Notes under the pieces: generated by a model
What the model was told of the DNA's origin: nothing
The model's database searches: none
What the model saw: only the letters and a program-made list of their open reading frames with translations
Source: Dictyostelium discoideum
Taxonomy: Eukaryota
Assembly (NCBI GenBank): GCA_000004695.1
Contig: CM000153.2
Location: 4,288,001 to 4,352,000, forward strand
Reading direction: 5' to 3'
DNA: 64,000 nucleotides
Program-made: the position numbers and the translations under genes
Part shown: one piece after another, positions 38,009 to 49,463 of the stretch
Layout of the letters: every line of letters begins with the position of its first letter
Numbering within the stretch: position 1 is the first letter of the stretch

Positions 38009-39169
38009 ATGCTTAGTTTAAGTTCTTATGTGCTTAATCTAGTAGGATCAATACTGTGTTTAATTGGGTGTTTATTTATTATAGGTCACTTTTTTTGGAT
38101 ACCGTTACTACGTACATCATTATCAAGAATCATTATATATCCTACATTCATATTATTACTTTATGATATGGTTTCATTTCCATCATTTATATCAAAAACA
38201 GCAGACTTATATATAGAACGTTCAACAATTATTTGCAATTTTCAAGAAGCAATCATTCAATATTTAATATTATCAAACTTTATTTGGTCAGTTTGTATTT
38301 CAGTAAAGTAAGTTTTTTTTTTAATTTATTTTTATTTATAAATTATTTATTTACTATATAAACTAACCATTATATTTATATATGTATATATAAAGTTTAT
38401 TATATTTATGTTTTTCACCGAATAAGAATTTAAAAAAAAATGAACTTTTATATCATTTATGTAGTTGGGGTATTCCTTTAATTGTTGTAGTTATTACTAA
38501 AATACCTAATATGATAAGTGATAATGGTAATCAGTAAGTGTTATTAAATTTACTTTTTAATTTTTTTTTTTTTTTTTTTTCTATATAGAAATATACTAAA
38601 ATAAAATTTATAGGTGTAGATTTAAAAGTCCAAATTATATTAAATTTTATTTAGAAACAATATTGTTTATAGCGTTTATGTTATTTAATTTTATAGTTGC
38701 ATTTATTACAATTAAGCATATTATTAGTGGAAATTTAAGAGAATCAGAGACAACAACAACAAGTGTACTATTTGTAAATGAAAAGAAAATTACAACTAAA
38801 AAAATAGTTTGGAGATTATTATTATATCCAAGTATATTATCAATTTGTTATATTATGACTTTAGTTTTATCAATTTATCAATTTTCAACAGAATCTTATG
38901 GTAGTGGTGGTGCTTATGCTAATAGTATCAACAATAAAAGAAATGATAAAAATACAGAAAGTGGTAATAGTAATAATAATAATAATAGTTATATAGAAAT
39001 TTTATTATATATTTCAAAGGCAATATTCTTATTACAAGGTTTTTTCAATGCATTGGTTTATTTACGTTCTTCGAAATTAAGAGATCGTTATAAGAAAATA
39101 ACTATTTTTAGAAAAATATTTTGGAGGGATGAAGCTGATTATCAATCAATTAATGATGGTTTTAATTGA
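38009..39169 (+). CDS. Seven-transmembrane receptor of the Dictyostelium cAMP-receptor/cAMP-receptor-like (cAR/Crl) GPCR family. Exons: 38009..38307, 38465..38533, 38614..39169 (307 aa).
   Basis: Seven hydrophobic segments. The TM3-TM4 region aligns with cAR1: CNFQEAIIQYLILSNFIWSVCISVK / NWGIPLIVVVIT against [33 protein letters not shown] / LCWGLPLISTIV. The TM7 region aligns: GFFNALVYL against GFWASVTFIY. Donors are GTAAGT (twice); acceptors are TTATGTAG and TTTATAG. An alternative acceptor at 38654 gives an in-frame stop and was rejected. Confidence 0.6.
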
Positions 39170-39472
39170 TAAAATATAAATGATATTTACAATATATATA
39201 TATCATGGTAAAATAAAAAAAAAAAAAAAAAAAAAAAAACAAAACAAATTTTAGAAGTTTTTATCCAAAAAAAAAAAAAAAAAAAAAAAATAAGGTTAAT
39301 TCGTATTGAATTTTTATTTTTATTTTTATTTTTATTTCTATTTTTATTTTTTTTTTTTTATTTCTTTTTTTTTTTTTTTTTCAAAAATAAAAAAAGTTGA
39401 CCATTTTTTGTGATTAAAAATAAAATTTTAATTTTTTTTTTTTTTAAATTTTTTCAAAATCTGTTTTGTGGA

Positions 39473-39503
<31 letters not shown>

Positions 39504-39627
39504 AAAAAAAAAGAAAAAAAAAAAAAAAACAACACTCTCATCACACATTTAATTTTTTTTTTTTTTTTTTTTAACTTGTATATATCCTTTATTTTTATTT
39601 TCTTTTTTTCTTTTTCAATATTAAAAA

Positions 39628-41068
39628 ATGACATCATTGGAAACGTATAATGATAATGTAAAGACCGCTTTAATTATGTGTTTTTTAAGTGGTCTTTCAA
39701 CAGCCATTGGTAAGTATATAATTATAGCTATAATTAAATAAATTCCAATTATTTATTTAAATAATTCAATTCAAATTACTCAACCCAATCTTTTTTTTTT
39801 TATTTTTTATATTCACAACAATATTATAGGTGGATTATATGTAATTTTCATTAAACAACAATCTCATAAATTATTAGGTCATTTATTAAGTTTTTCATCA
39901 GGTGTTATGATTTATATATCATTTATGGATCTATTACCAGAATCAATTGCAGAAATTGGGTTTTATAATGCAAATATATGGGTATGATATCATTATTTTA
40001 TTTTAAACTTTTTTTTTTTTTTTTTTAATAAATCTAATTTTATTTCTTTTTTTTTTTTTTTTTTTTTTTCAAAACTATAGTTTTTTGTAGGTATTATATT
40101 TTTTGCAGTAATTTTAAGATTTGTACCACATGATCATGATGAAAGTGGTGATTCAAATCATGCTCACTCACATAATGGTGCAAGTATAGAGAAACATAGT
40201 AGTGAAAAAAAAGAAGTAGTGGATGATGATGATGATGATAATAATGGTAAAGATAAAAAACAAAAGCAACAAAAACAAAAACAACAAAAACAACAACAAC
40301 AACAAAAACAAAATATTGCAAAATCAAAGAATAAGAAAAAGAGTAAAGATGATTATTTAAATAGTGTTGGTATTGCAACAGCAATTGGAGTTAGTCTTCA
40401 TAATTTCCCAGAAGGTGTTGCAGTTTATTTGGCATGTTTAAAGGGTATTGATGTTGGTTTACCATTGATGCTTGCAATTGCAGCTCATAATATTCCAGAG
40501 GGTATGGCAGTTGCTGCTCCAATCTTTTCTGCAACTGGTAGTAAATGGAAAGCTTTTAAATATTGTTTATATAGTGGTCTTTGTGAACCAGTTGGTGCTA
40601 TTATCTTTGGTTTAATCTTTAAAGAATATATGACACCTTATTTAATTCAATCAATGTTAGCCGCTGGTAAGTTTATTTTAAATATTTATTTAAATATTTT
40701 CATTTAAAGTTTTACTAATTCAATTTTTCAATTTTTATTATGTTATTATTATTATTATTATTATTATAGTTGCTGGTATTATGGTATTTATGGTTATTAA
40801 AGAGTTATTACCAGCTGCATTTAAATATGTTTCAGTTGATGAATCTGCATTTTCAAATATTATTGGTATGATTTTCTTCTTCTTTTCAATTCATTTCTTA
40901 CATTCAATGTTACCGCATGACCATGGTGGTGCTGGTGATGGTGGCCATGGTCATTCACATGGTGGTCATGGCCATTCACATGGTCATGGTCATTCACATG
41001 GTGGACACTCTCATGATTCTCAACATGTTGAAAGTCCACAAAGTTCAAGTTTTAATGCATTTGCATAA
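39628..41068 (+). CDS. ZIP-family (Zrt/Irt-like, SLC39; GufA/ZIP11-like) zinc/metal transporter. Exons: 39628..39709, 39830..39981, 40081..40666, 40770..41068; 372 aa. It has His-rich loop and tail regions.
   Basis: Paired ZIP signature motifs HNFPEGVAV and HNIPEGMAV sit in TM helices. The His-rich cytoplasmic loop is HDHDESGDSNHAHSHNG. The C-terminus is GHGHSHGGHGHSHGHGHSHGGHSH. Donors are GTAAGT, GTATGA and GTAAGT; acceptors are TTATAG, CTATAG and TTATAG. Each exon was checked for frame. Confidence 0.85.
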
Positions 41069-41189
41069 GACCTTTTTTAAAAATTCCAGATTTTTTTTTT
41101 GGAAAATCAAAAAATCTATTCTTAGAAATAATAAAATATTAATAAAACTTTTTTTTTTTTTTTTTATCAATTTTTTGAAATTTTTAGCA

Positions 41190-41229
<40 letters not shown>

Positions 41230-41333
41230 TTCATTTTTAATAAAAGTAGTTGTAACTGATACACAATTAAATAAATATATAAATAAAATAAATAAAATAA
41301 TAAAATAAATAAAAATAAAAATTTAAAAAAAAG

Positions 41334-43840
41334 ATGACAACTACAATACCATTAAAAGAAGCAGTGGTTGTAATTTTAGATATAGGATTAGGTATGACAA
41401 GTAAAGATAGTGATGGAACAACAACAACAACATCATCAATTGAAGATGCATTAAGATCAGTTACATTATTATATCAACAAAAATTAATATATGGTAAAAA
41501 GGATCAATTAGGATTAGTTTTAATTGGAACAAAAGGTACAAAAAACAATTTACAAGATGATGGATATCAACATATTACAGTTGTAAGTGATATTGAAGAA
41601 CCATCAATTGAAACATTGAAATATTTAGAGAATTTAGCACCTGGTGAATCAAAAGGTGATGTCATTGATTCATTAATAGTTGCAATGGATATGTTAATTA
41701 GAAAAACTGAAAATAAAAAATATCAAAAACGTATTTTCCTTGTTACAAATGCAAGAGATCCAATTAATACTGAAGATTTATCAATTGTTAGAGATCAATT
41801 TAAAAAAATAGATGTAAAATTAAATATAATGTAATTATTATTATTATTATACTTTTTTAAATTTATTTTTTAAATGTATAAATTTTTATATTAATAAATT
41901 TTTATTATTATTATTATTATTATTTTTATTTATTTATATATAAAAAATAGAGGTGTTGACTTTTTAGAAGAAATAGAAGAAAATAATATGGATACAAGTA
42001 ATAATAATAAAAATAAAAGTTTAAAAGAAAAGAATGAAATATTTTTAAGAGAATTTGCAGAATCAGTTGATGGAGTATTAGTACCAGTTAAACAGGCATT
42101 AGAAATGATGAGCTTTTTTAGATCACAATCAGTAATGACTCGTACAAGTTTTAGAGGTGCATTAGAAATTACACCAGAATTAAAAATACCTGTATGGGGA
42201 TATTTAAAAATGAAACAACAATTATTACCATCCTTAAAAAAGATTTCATCAATAGCTCAACAACAAATTGAGCAACAACAACAACAACAACAACAACAAA
42301 ATAAAAATAAAAATAATGAAGATAATGAAGATAATGAAGAAGGTAAACCAAATATTACATTAGATGTTAATCAAGAAGTATCATATTATAGTATTACAGA
42401 TCCAGATAATGAAATTTTAAAACCAGATTTATTAAAAGGTTATAAATATGGTAAATCATTAATACCATTTTCAAAGATTGATGAGGATCAATTAAAATAT
42501 TCATCAAGTAAATGTTTGAAAGTTGTTGGATTCACAGATCGTAAATCAATACCAATCTATTATAATATGGGTAATACTGAAGTATTTGTATCACAACCTG
42601 GTGATAAACAATCAGAGGAAGCATTATCATCATTTATACATGCATTGGTTGAGACTGATCAAGTTATGGTGGTAAGATATGTAAAAACAATGAATGGATC
42701 ACCTTATCTTGGTTATATGATCCCACATGTAAAGAGTGATTATGTTTGTCTATATTATAATCATTTACCATTGGCTGATGATATTAGACAATATCAATTC
42801 CCACCAATTTCACCAAAGAATCCGTTAACTAGGAAATCAAATATACCAAATGCAGAACAATTGGAAGCAACTCAACAACTCATTGATTCAATGGATTTAA
42901 TGAAATCGGAATTCGATGAAGATGGTGACCCAATTCAAATGTTAAAACCAAGATTCACATACAATCCTTTACTTCAACATTTCTATCAATGTCTTCATCA
43001 TAGATCTTTACATCCAAATACTCAAATTCCAAAATTGGATCCTATAATAGCAGAGTATATTAACCCAGATCAAATCATTATGAATAAATCAAAACAATCA
43101 ATTAAAAACTTTGCAGATAAATTCCCCCTCACTAAAACCACTGTATTCTCTAAAACACCTGCTATCTCTGGTGGCAATACCAATGGCACAACATCCAATA
43201 CAAACAATACAATGATTGGTGGTGTAAAATATCATTGGAAAGATGGTATGTTAATTGGTGAGGAAATTAATTTAGATTCCTATGTCACCGATGATGGTTC
43301 CGAGGCTAAAAAGAGAAAGGTTAATGATTTCTCAGAGTTTTCATTGGATAAGTTGGTCTCTGGTTATGTTACAGAGGTTGGTACAATTAATCCTGTTCAA
43401 AACTTTAAAGATATGTTAAATAGAAGAGATATGGATCTTGTGGATAAAGCAATCACTTTAATGAAGGAAAGAATACTTCAATTGGTTAATGATTCACTTA
43501 GGGATCAATATTATCAAAAGGCTTTCGAATGTATAAAAGAATTAAGAGTTGGTTGTATTAGAGAATCAGAAGCTGAACAATTCAATGGTTTCCTCAAAGA
43601 TATGAGATCTTTATTTCAATCAAAGAAAAGAGATGACTTTTGGCAATATATCACTGCTGATGTAACTTCAATCCTTGGTGAGAAATCAATTAATTTAATC
43701 ACTCAAGATGAATGCGATTCTTCTGAAGTTACTCAAGAAGAGTTGGATCAATTTTTGGATAAAAAGGTTAAACAATTCAATCCTCCTCCAATTACAAATG
43801 TTAATACAGATTCGGTTGATGACTTATTCGATCAAATTGA

Positions 43841-43844
<4 letters not shown>
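41334..43844 (+). CDS. ku80: Ku80 (XRCC5), the DNA end-binding subunit for non-homologous end joining. Exons: 41334..41830 and 41951..43844; about 796 aa.
   Basis: The N-terminal vWA domain is EAVVVILDIGLGM…QLGLVLIGTKGTKNN…DALIVAMDML. The Ku core (GYKYGKSLIPFSKIDEDQLKYSSSKCLKVVGFTDRKSIPIYYNMGNTEVFVSQPGDKQSEEALSSFIHALVETDQVMVVRYV…GYMIPHVKSDYVCLYYNHLPLADDIRQYQF) is collinear with human Ku80 ([33 protein letters not shown]…[25 protein letters not shown]…[27 protein letters not shown]). The junction is GTAATT…AAAATAG. Confidence 0.85.
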
Positions 43845-43884
<40 letters not shown>

Positions 43885-44005
43885 CTTAAAAAAAAAACAC
43901 TAAACAATTGGGTGATAATTATTTTTTATTTTTAACTTTTTTTTTTTTTTTCTTAAAATAGAATTCTATAAATAAATAAATAATTTATTTATTGTTTTAT
44001 TATTG

Positions 44006-44036
<31 letters not shown>

Positions 44037-44233
44037 ATTTATTTTTTTTTTTTGGAAAATTGAACAGGAAAAACAAAATTTAATTATTTATATATTCTAT
44101 GATTCCTTTAATTGATGAGTTTTGCAATTCATCTTGAGTTATTTCCACATTATTAATATAAAAAAAAAAAAAAAAAAAAAAACTTAATTATAGTACTAAA
44201 TTTTTTAAGAAATTGATTTTATTTTTATTTATT

Positions 44234-45250
44234 TTACAATTTTACCATCATTTTACCAGTATTTGTACCTTTGAATAATGCAAGAAAAGATGGCACCAAT
44301 TGATCGAAACCATTATTAATGGTGTGTCTATCTTTGAGTTGACCAGATTTATACCATTGAGCCAATTCTTTTAATGCTTCAGCATGTTTGCTTGCATAGT
44401 TTGCAACGATGAAACCTTGTAATTTTGAGGAAGTTTTCAAGAGATAACCTTCAATACGTGGGCCAACATCCTTTTCAGTAGAGTTGTATTGTGAGATTAC
44501 ACCGCATAGTGGAATACGGGCAAACTTATTCAAGTGTGGCCAAATTGCATCAGATACAACACCACCAACATTCTCCCAATATATATCAACACCATTTGGA
44601 ATTGCTTTTGCTATATCGTCTTTATAAGTTGGTGAATTGTAATTTACACCGACATCAAAACCTAATTCATCGACGATGTATTTTATCTTCTCTTCGGAAC
44701 CTACGATACCTACAACTCTGCAACCTTTGATTTTACCAATTTGACCGACCAATTGACCTACTGCACCGGCTGCAGCGCTGATTACCATGGTTTCACCTTG
44801 TTTTGGTTCTGCGATCTCTTTGAGACCGTGATAAGCTGTTAATCCGACCATACCCAAAACTGAGAGGAATGATTCCAATGGCGCTAATGTTGTATCGATT
44901 TTATTTGCATATGGACTGTTTGAATTGTAGATGAATTCAGATTGCCATGGTAAATGACCCATAATGTAATCACCTACTGAATACTTTGATGCTGAGCCTG
45001 CTTTTGTAACTTTACCAATAGCATATCCAACAATTGGTTTACCAATTTCAAATGGTGGGATATATGATTTACGTGTTGTCATACGACCTCTCATATATGG
45101 GTCTGGTGAAACTATCTCTAATTTTACTACTACTTCTTCATTTTTTAATTCTTCAATTGAAAATTCAAAAGTTTTCTCTTCAAAATCCTCCAAAGTTGGT
45201 GTACCACTTTCGATGTGATTTTTTAATACAATTTGTTTACTAAGAACCAT
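44234..45250 (-). CDS. NADP-dependent oxidoreductase of the medium-chain dehydrogenase/reductase superfamily (prostaglandin reductase 1 / leukotriene B4 12-hydroxydehydrogenase-like), 338 aa, intronless.
   Basis: Rossmann motif AAAGAVGQLVGQIGKIKGCRVVG. It also has an N-terminal GroES-like domain (KLEIVSPDPYMRGRM) and the PTGR1-like C-terminus VPSFLALFKGTNTGKMMVKL. Confidence 0.8.
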   Translation of the reverse strand: MVLSKQIVLKNHIESGTPTLEDFEEKTFEFSIEELKNEEVVVKLEIVSPDPYMRGRMTTRKSYIPPFEIGKPIVGYAIGKVTKAGSASKYSVGDYIMGHLPWQSEFIYNSNSPYANKIDTTLAPLESFLSVLGMVGLTAYHGLKEIAEPKQGETMVISAAAGAVGQLVGQIGKIKGCRVVGIVGSEEKIKYIVDELGFDVGVNYNSPTYKDDIAKAIPNGVDIYWENVGGVVSDAIWPHLNKFARIPLCGVISQYNSTEKDVGPRIEGYLLKTSSKLQGFIVANYASKHAEALKELAQWYKSGQLKDRHTINNGFDQLVPSFLALFKGTNTGKMMVKL

Positions 45251-45747
45251 ATTTTTTATTTTTATTTTATTTATTTATTTATTTATTATAAATAATTATT
45301 ATATTACTTTTATAATTAGTTTTTTATTTATTTATTTTATTTTATTTTTTAATCTTTTGTTGAGTGAAAATATAAAAAAAAAATAAAAAAGAAATCTTTT
45401 TTTATACTAAAAAAAAAAAAAAATTAAATTAAAAAAAAAAAAAAAAAATTAAATTAAAAAAAAACTTTTTGGATATTTTTATTTTTTTATTTTTTTTTTT
45501 TTCTAAAGGGTAAAAATTGTTGTCATTTTAAAATGACGATTTCCAAAAATATGAAAAAGTAAAAAAGATAAAGAACTAATCTTTCCCTATTCTTTAAAAT
45601 TTCATCACGGGTTAACATATTTATATATTATTCTTTGTGACAATAATTATTTTGTAGGCATTCTTTAAAAAAATGAAAAATATGGGATATTTTGGCATTG
45701 GAATGATAAAAAAATAAAAAATAAAAATGAAAATAAAAAATAAAAAT

Positions 45748-45779
<32 letters not shown>

Positions 45780-45783
45780 GTTT

Positions 45784-46123
45784 GAAAATCATTAATGCTG
45801 GGAAAAAGTAGGTGTGAATACTTTTTAAATTTCAAAAAAAAAAAAAAAAAAAAAAATAAAAATAAAATTTTTTATTTTTATTTTTTAAAAAGTATTAAAA
45901 AGTAGGAAGTATACTTTTTTTGACTTTTTTAAAATATCAATTGACTACTCTTGCAACTTTTTTGGTTCTTTTAATTTAAGAAACAAAAAAAAAAAATTGA
46001 AAAAATAAAAATAAATAAAAAAATAAAAAAATAAAAAAAAATATAAAAAAAAAAAAAATTTTCAAAATACTTTAAAAGTAAAATTTTCAAAATACTTTTT
46101 CCAGCATTGAAAATCATATTATC
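45784..46123. promoter_or_regulatory. Cluster of palindromic AAAAAGTA(N7-8)TACTTTTT elements. An inverted pair shares the core AATGCTGG(G)AAAAAGTA (forward at ~45793-45811, reverse at ~46093-46111). The cluster lies in the shared intergenic region between the oxidoreductase gene (-) and the Cys-rich secreted protein gene (+).
   Basis: Read directly. 45803-45830 is gaaaaagtaggtgtgaatacttttta. 45893-45921 is attaaaaagtaggaagtatacttttttt. 46059-46125 is ttttcaaaatactttaaaagtaaaattttcaaaatactttttccagcattgaaaatcat, whose reverse complement matches the left copy over ~17 nt. Confidence 0.4.
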
Positions 46124-46491
46124 TTAAATTATTAATAATAAATAAAAAAAAAAAAAAAAAAAAAGAAGTAAATTAATAAAATGACAAAAGATTAATTTTT
46201 TTTTTTTTTTTTTTCATTTGTTAAATTATTTTTATTTTTTTGGTATAAGAAAATATAAAAAAAACAATTTTTAATTTAAAAATAAAAATTCAATTGATTA
46301 AAAAAATAATAAAATTATTGAAAAAAGTAAAAGGTAAAGATTTGTTGGTAGTTTTTAAGATATTTTTAAAAAAAAAAAAATAATTTAAAAAATAGAAAAA
46401 AAAAAAAAAAAATCTAAAAAATGACAAAATAAAAGATTTTTTTTTTTTTTTTTTTTTTCCAATAATAACATATACAAACTTTCAAAAAATA

Positions 46492-47187
46492 ATGAAACTA
46501 TTTTTATTAATTATTAATTTAATTTATTTGATTAATTATTCAAATTGTTCAACTATATTATTTGCCAATTTTTTTTCATACGCAACAAGTGATTGTAGTG
46601 GAGAATCAATTGGATTTGGATATTCTTTAAAAATTGATGAATGTTTGGGTGCATTTCAACCATTTCAACAAGTTGATGATAATTTTTGGAAAATTGAATT
46701 TAATAAAGAATCAAATTCAATAATTACAACAAGATATAGTGAATGGAATTTTAATTGTAATGGTTCAAGTGATACTCAACAATTTATTATTGGAAATAAT
46801 GAATGTTCAATAATGCCAAATTTCACAGTGATTGAAACTGGTACAATCTCTGGTATGAGTGATATTTGGTATACTCGTGCTTCTATTAGTATTGGTAAAC
46901 CAGAATATACACCAGGTTCCTTATTATCAGTTAGAGAATATTATAATGATAATTCTAGAGGTAATTGTGATATGAATAATTTTCAAACTGCCGTTACCTA
47001 CTCTCAAAATTTAAAACTTTCCATTCAAGATACAAATGAATCAGAAACTTGGTTTTGTAAAAATAATGAAGCACTCGAAAACTTTTGTGATTTCAATGGT
47101 AAAAATTGTCAAATATTCGATAATACCATATCATGCAATCCTTCAGAACAATCTGGAAACCAAAATTGGTATTGTGTAACACCTTGA
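46492..47187 (+). CDS. Secreted cysteine-rich, N-glycosylated protein, 231 aa, with signal peptide MKLFLLIINLIYLINYSNC.
   Basis: Complete ORF with a hydrophobic leader, about 14 Cys and multiple NxS/T sites. It has the same general character as the 17951..18598(-) protein but no clear sequence identity. Family not recognised. Confidence 0.5.
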   Translation: MKLFLLIINLIYLINYSNCSTILFANFFSYATSDCSGESIGFGYSLKIDECLGAFQPFQQVDDNFWKIEFNKESNSIITTRYSEWNFNCNGSSDTQQFIIGNNECSIMPNFTVIETGTISGMSDIWYTRASISIGKPEYTPGSLLSVREYYNDNSRGNCDMNNFQTAVTYSQNLKLSIQDTNESETWFCKNNEALENFCDFNGKNCQIFDNTISCNPSEQSGNQNWYCVTP

Positions 47188-47493
47188 TTTGCTAACTCAA
47201 ATAGGAAATAAATTAATTAATAATTTTTAAACCACATTATTTTTTTTTTTTTTACTTAAACACACAATTTTTTTTTTTCTAAATAATTTTAATTGATAAT
47301 AAGAATTATAATATATTTGATTTAATTTGATCAATAAATTTTTAAAAAGGGGAATAATTATAATTATTAAAGACTCATAAATATTAAATTAAATTCTCTA
47401 ACTGTATGATTAAAAAAAAATGTAAAATTGTAAATATCAAAGGAAATATGTTAAATAAAAATAAATAAATAAAAAATAAAAATAAAAAATAGA

Positions 47494-47642
47494 TTTTGGT
47501 GAATTTCAAACCCCACACACCCAATCTATTTTTATAATAATTGTAATTATTTTTTTTAATTTCTCAACAAACCACATACAATTGTGTGTAATAAAAAAAA
47601 GTAACGAAAATAGAAAAGTGTGAATTCGAACCCCCACCCATT
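47494..47642. promoter_or_regulatory. Two C-rich/CA-rich direct repeats (GAATTTCAAACCCCACACACCCA at ~47498-47520 and GAATTCGAACCCCCACCCA at ~47620-47640) 150-300 bp upstream of the 47795 gene. They are G-box-like on the opposite strand.
   Basis: Both copies are visible. GC-rich islands are rare in this AT-rich background. The regulatory role is inferred. Confidence 0.3.
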
Positions 47643-47794
47643 TCGTTCAATTTAAATTTTATCTTTTTTATTTATTTAGTTTTACCTGTTTTTATTTTAT
47701 TTTATTTTTTTCATTATTTTTTAATTTTTTTTAAATTTCCTTTTTTTATTTTTATATTTATTATTTTATACAATTAAATAATTACAGAATAATT

Positions 47795-47965
47795 ATGACA
47801 AAAGTTAAATTTATTGCATTAAAAAACTATATCAAAGGTGGATATCCACAAGAAAAGGATTTTGAAACAAAAGAAGTAGATTTAGATGAAACATTGGGTA
47901 ATAATCAAATCCTTGTAAAATTGATTTACATTTCAGTTGATCCATATGTAATTATTAAAAATAAG

Positions 47966-48006
<41 letters not shown>

Positions 48007-48934
48007 ATTTAATTTAATATTAAAATTTATTTTATATTTTAAATTAATTTAATTTAAAAAGGTTCGTGGAAGAATGAGTGAAGGTAAATCATATATTGAT
48101 CCATTTAAGATTGGAGAACCAATTGAATGTGGTGGTGTTGGTAAAATTGAGAAATCAAATTGTAGCAAATGGAAAGTTGGTGATTACATTGCCAATAATC
48201 AATTCCCATGGAAAGAGAAATTTGTTACTGATGGTAATAACCCAGGTTGTTATAAAGCTGATAAGAACGCTGCTCCACTTCCATGTTATCTCTCTCTACT
48301 TGGTATGACTGGTATGACTGCCTATTGTGGTCTAACTGAAATCGGTGAACCAAAGAAAGGTGAAACATTGGTGGTGAGTGCTGGTTCTGGTGCCGTTGGT
48401 CAAATTGTTGGTCAAGTTGGTAAAATCATTGGTTGTAGAGTAATTGGTATTGCTGGATCGAAAGAAAAGTGTGATTTCATGACTAAGGAATTAAGATTCG
48501 ATGTAGGTATCAATTATAAATCTCCAACTTACAAAGATGATATTGCAAAAGCTGTTGAGAAAACTGGTGTCGATATCTATTGGGAGAATGTTGGTGGTGA
48601 AATAACTGATGCAGTTTTGCCACATTTAAACAAATATGCACGTATTCCACTTTGTGGTGTAATCTCTTCCTACAATAAAACCGAATTGGATGTTGGCCCT
48701 CGTATTCAAATTTATCTCTTGAAATCATCTGCAAAAATGCAAGGTTTCATTGTTTTTAACTACATTGATAAATTCCCTGCTGCCTCTAAACAATTGGCTG
48801 AATGGTATAATCAAGGTAAAATCAAAGATCAACATTCAATTAAAAAAGGCCTTGACCAAGTTGTACCATCATTCCTTTCATTATTTAATAGTGATCATCT
48901 TGGTAAAATGATTATTAAAATTGCTGATGAATAA
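47795..48934 (+). CDS. Second PTGR1-like MDR-superfamily NADP-dependent oxidoreductase, paralog of 44234..45250 on the opposite strand. Two exons: 47795..47947 and 48062..48934; about 341 aa.
   Basis: Exon 1 (MTKVKF…LIYISVDPY) ends at a GTAATT donor. The intron is mostly an A31 run plus AT-rich sequence ending AAAAAG. Exon 2 reads VRGRMSEGKSYIDPF…AGSGAVGQIVGQVGKIIGCRVIG… The paralog has uninterrupted DPYMRGRM at the same position. Confidence 0.85.
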
Positions 48935-49463
48935 ATATTAAAATTTATTTTTAAAAAAAAAAAAAAAAAAAAAAAAGTGTGTTAAACCATTAATTTTATA
49001 ATTTTTTTTTTGTAATTAAATAATTTAAAAAGATAATTGTAAATGGGGAAAATTTATAATTCAAATAATTGTAATTATTTTTTTAATTTTTCCTACATCG
49101 TTTGCATTTTTCCCGCTGGGAAATTCCATTAAAAATAAAAAAATTCAAAAAAAAAATATCTAAATAAAGATATTATTTGGTTATTAAAAAATATTGGATA
49201 TTTTTTTTCAAAAAAAAAAATTAAAGTGTTAAAGGTAGTACAAAAAAATAAAGAAATCGATTAAATTGATATTTTTTTTTTTCATTAAAAACGAGTTTGT
49301 TTTTTTTTTTCCCACCCAGAGTGCGAAAGTTGGAAATATTTTTTTTTTTTTTTTTTTTTTTTTATAAGTTTAACTTTTTTTTTTTTTTATTTTCTTTTTA
49401 TTTTTTTCTTTTCATAATTTTTTTATATTTATTTATTTATTTATTTATTTTTTAAAAAAAAAA

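Noticed and set aside
38654-38655. Alternative acceptor TTTATTTAG for GPCR exon 3
   Set aside because: Splicing there puts a TAA in frame within 30 nt. The upstream acceptor at 38612/13 keeps a 185-codon open frame through TM5-TM7.
47610-47645. tRNA-like T-arm resemblance (GAATTCGAACCCCCACC)
   Set aside because: No upstream D-arm or anticodon arm, no GG/GTGG boxes at the right spacing, and the surrounding sequence is AT-rich. It is more likely a C-rich promoter element.
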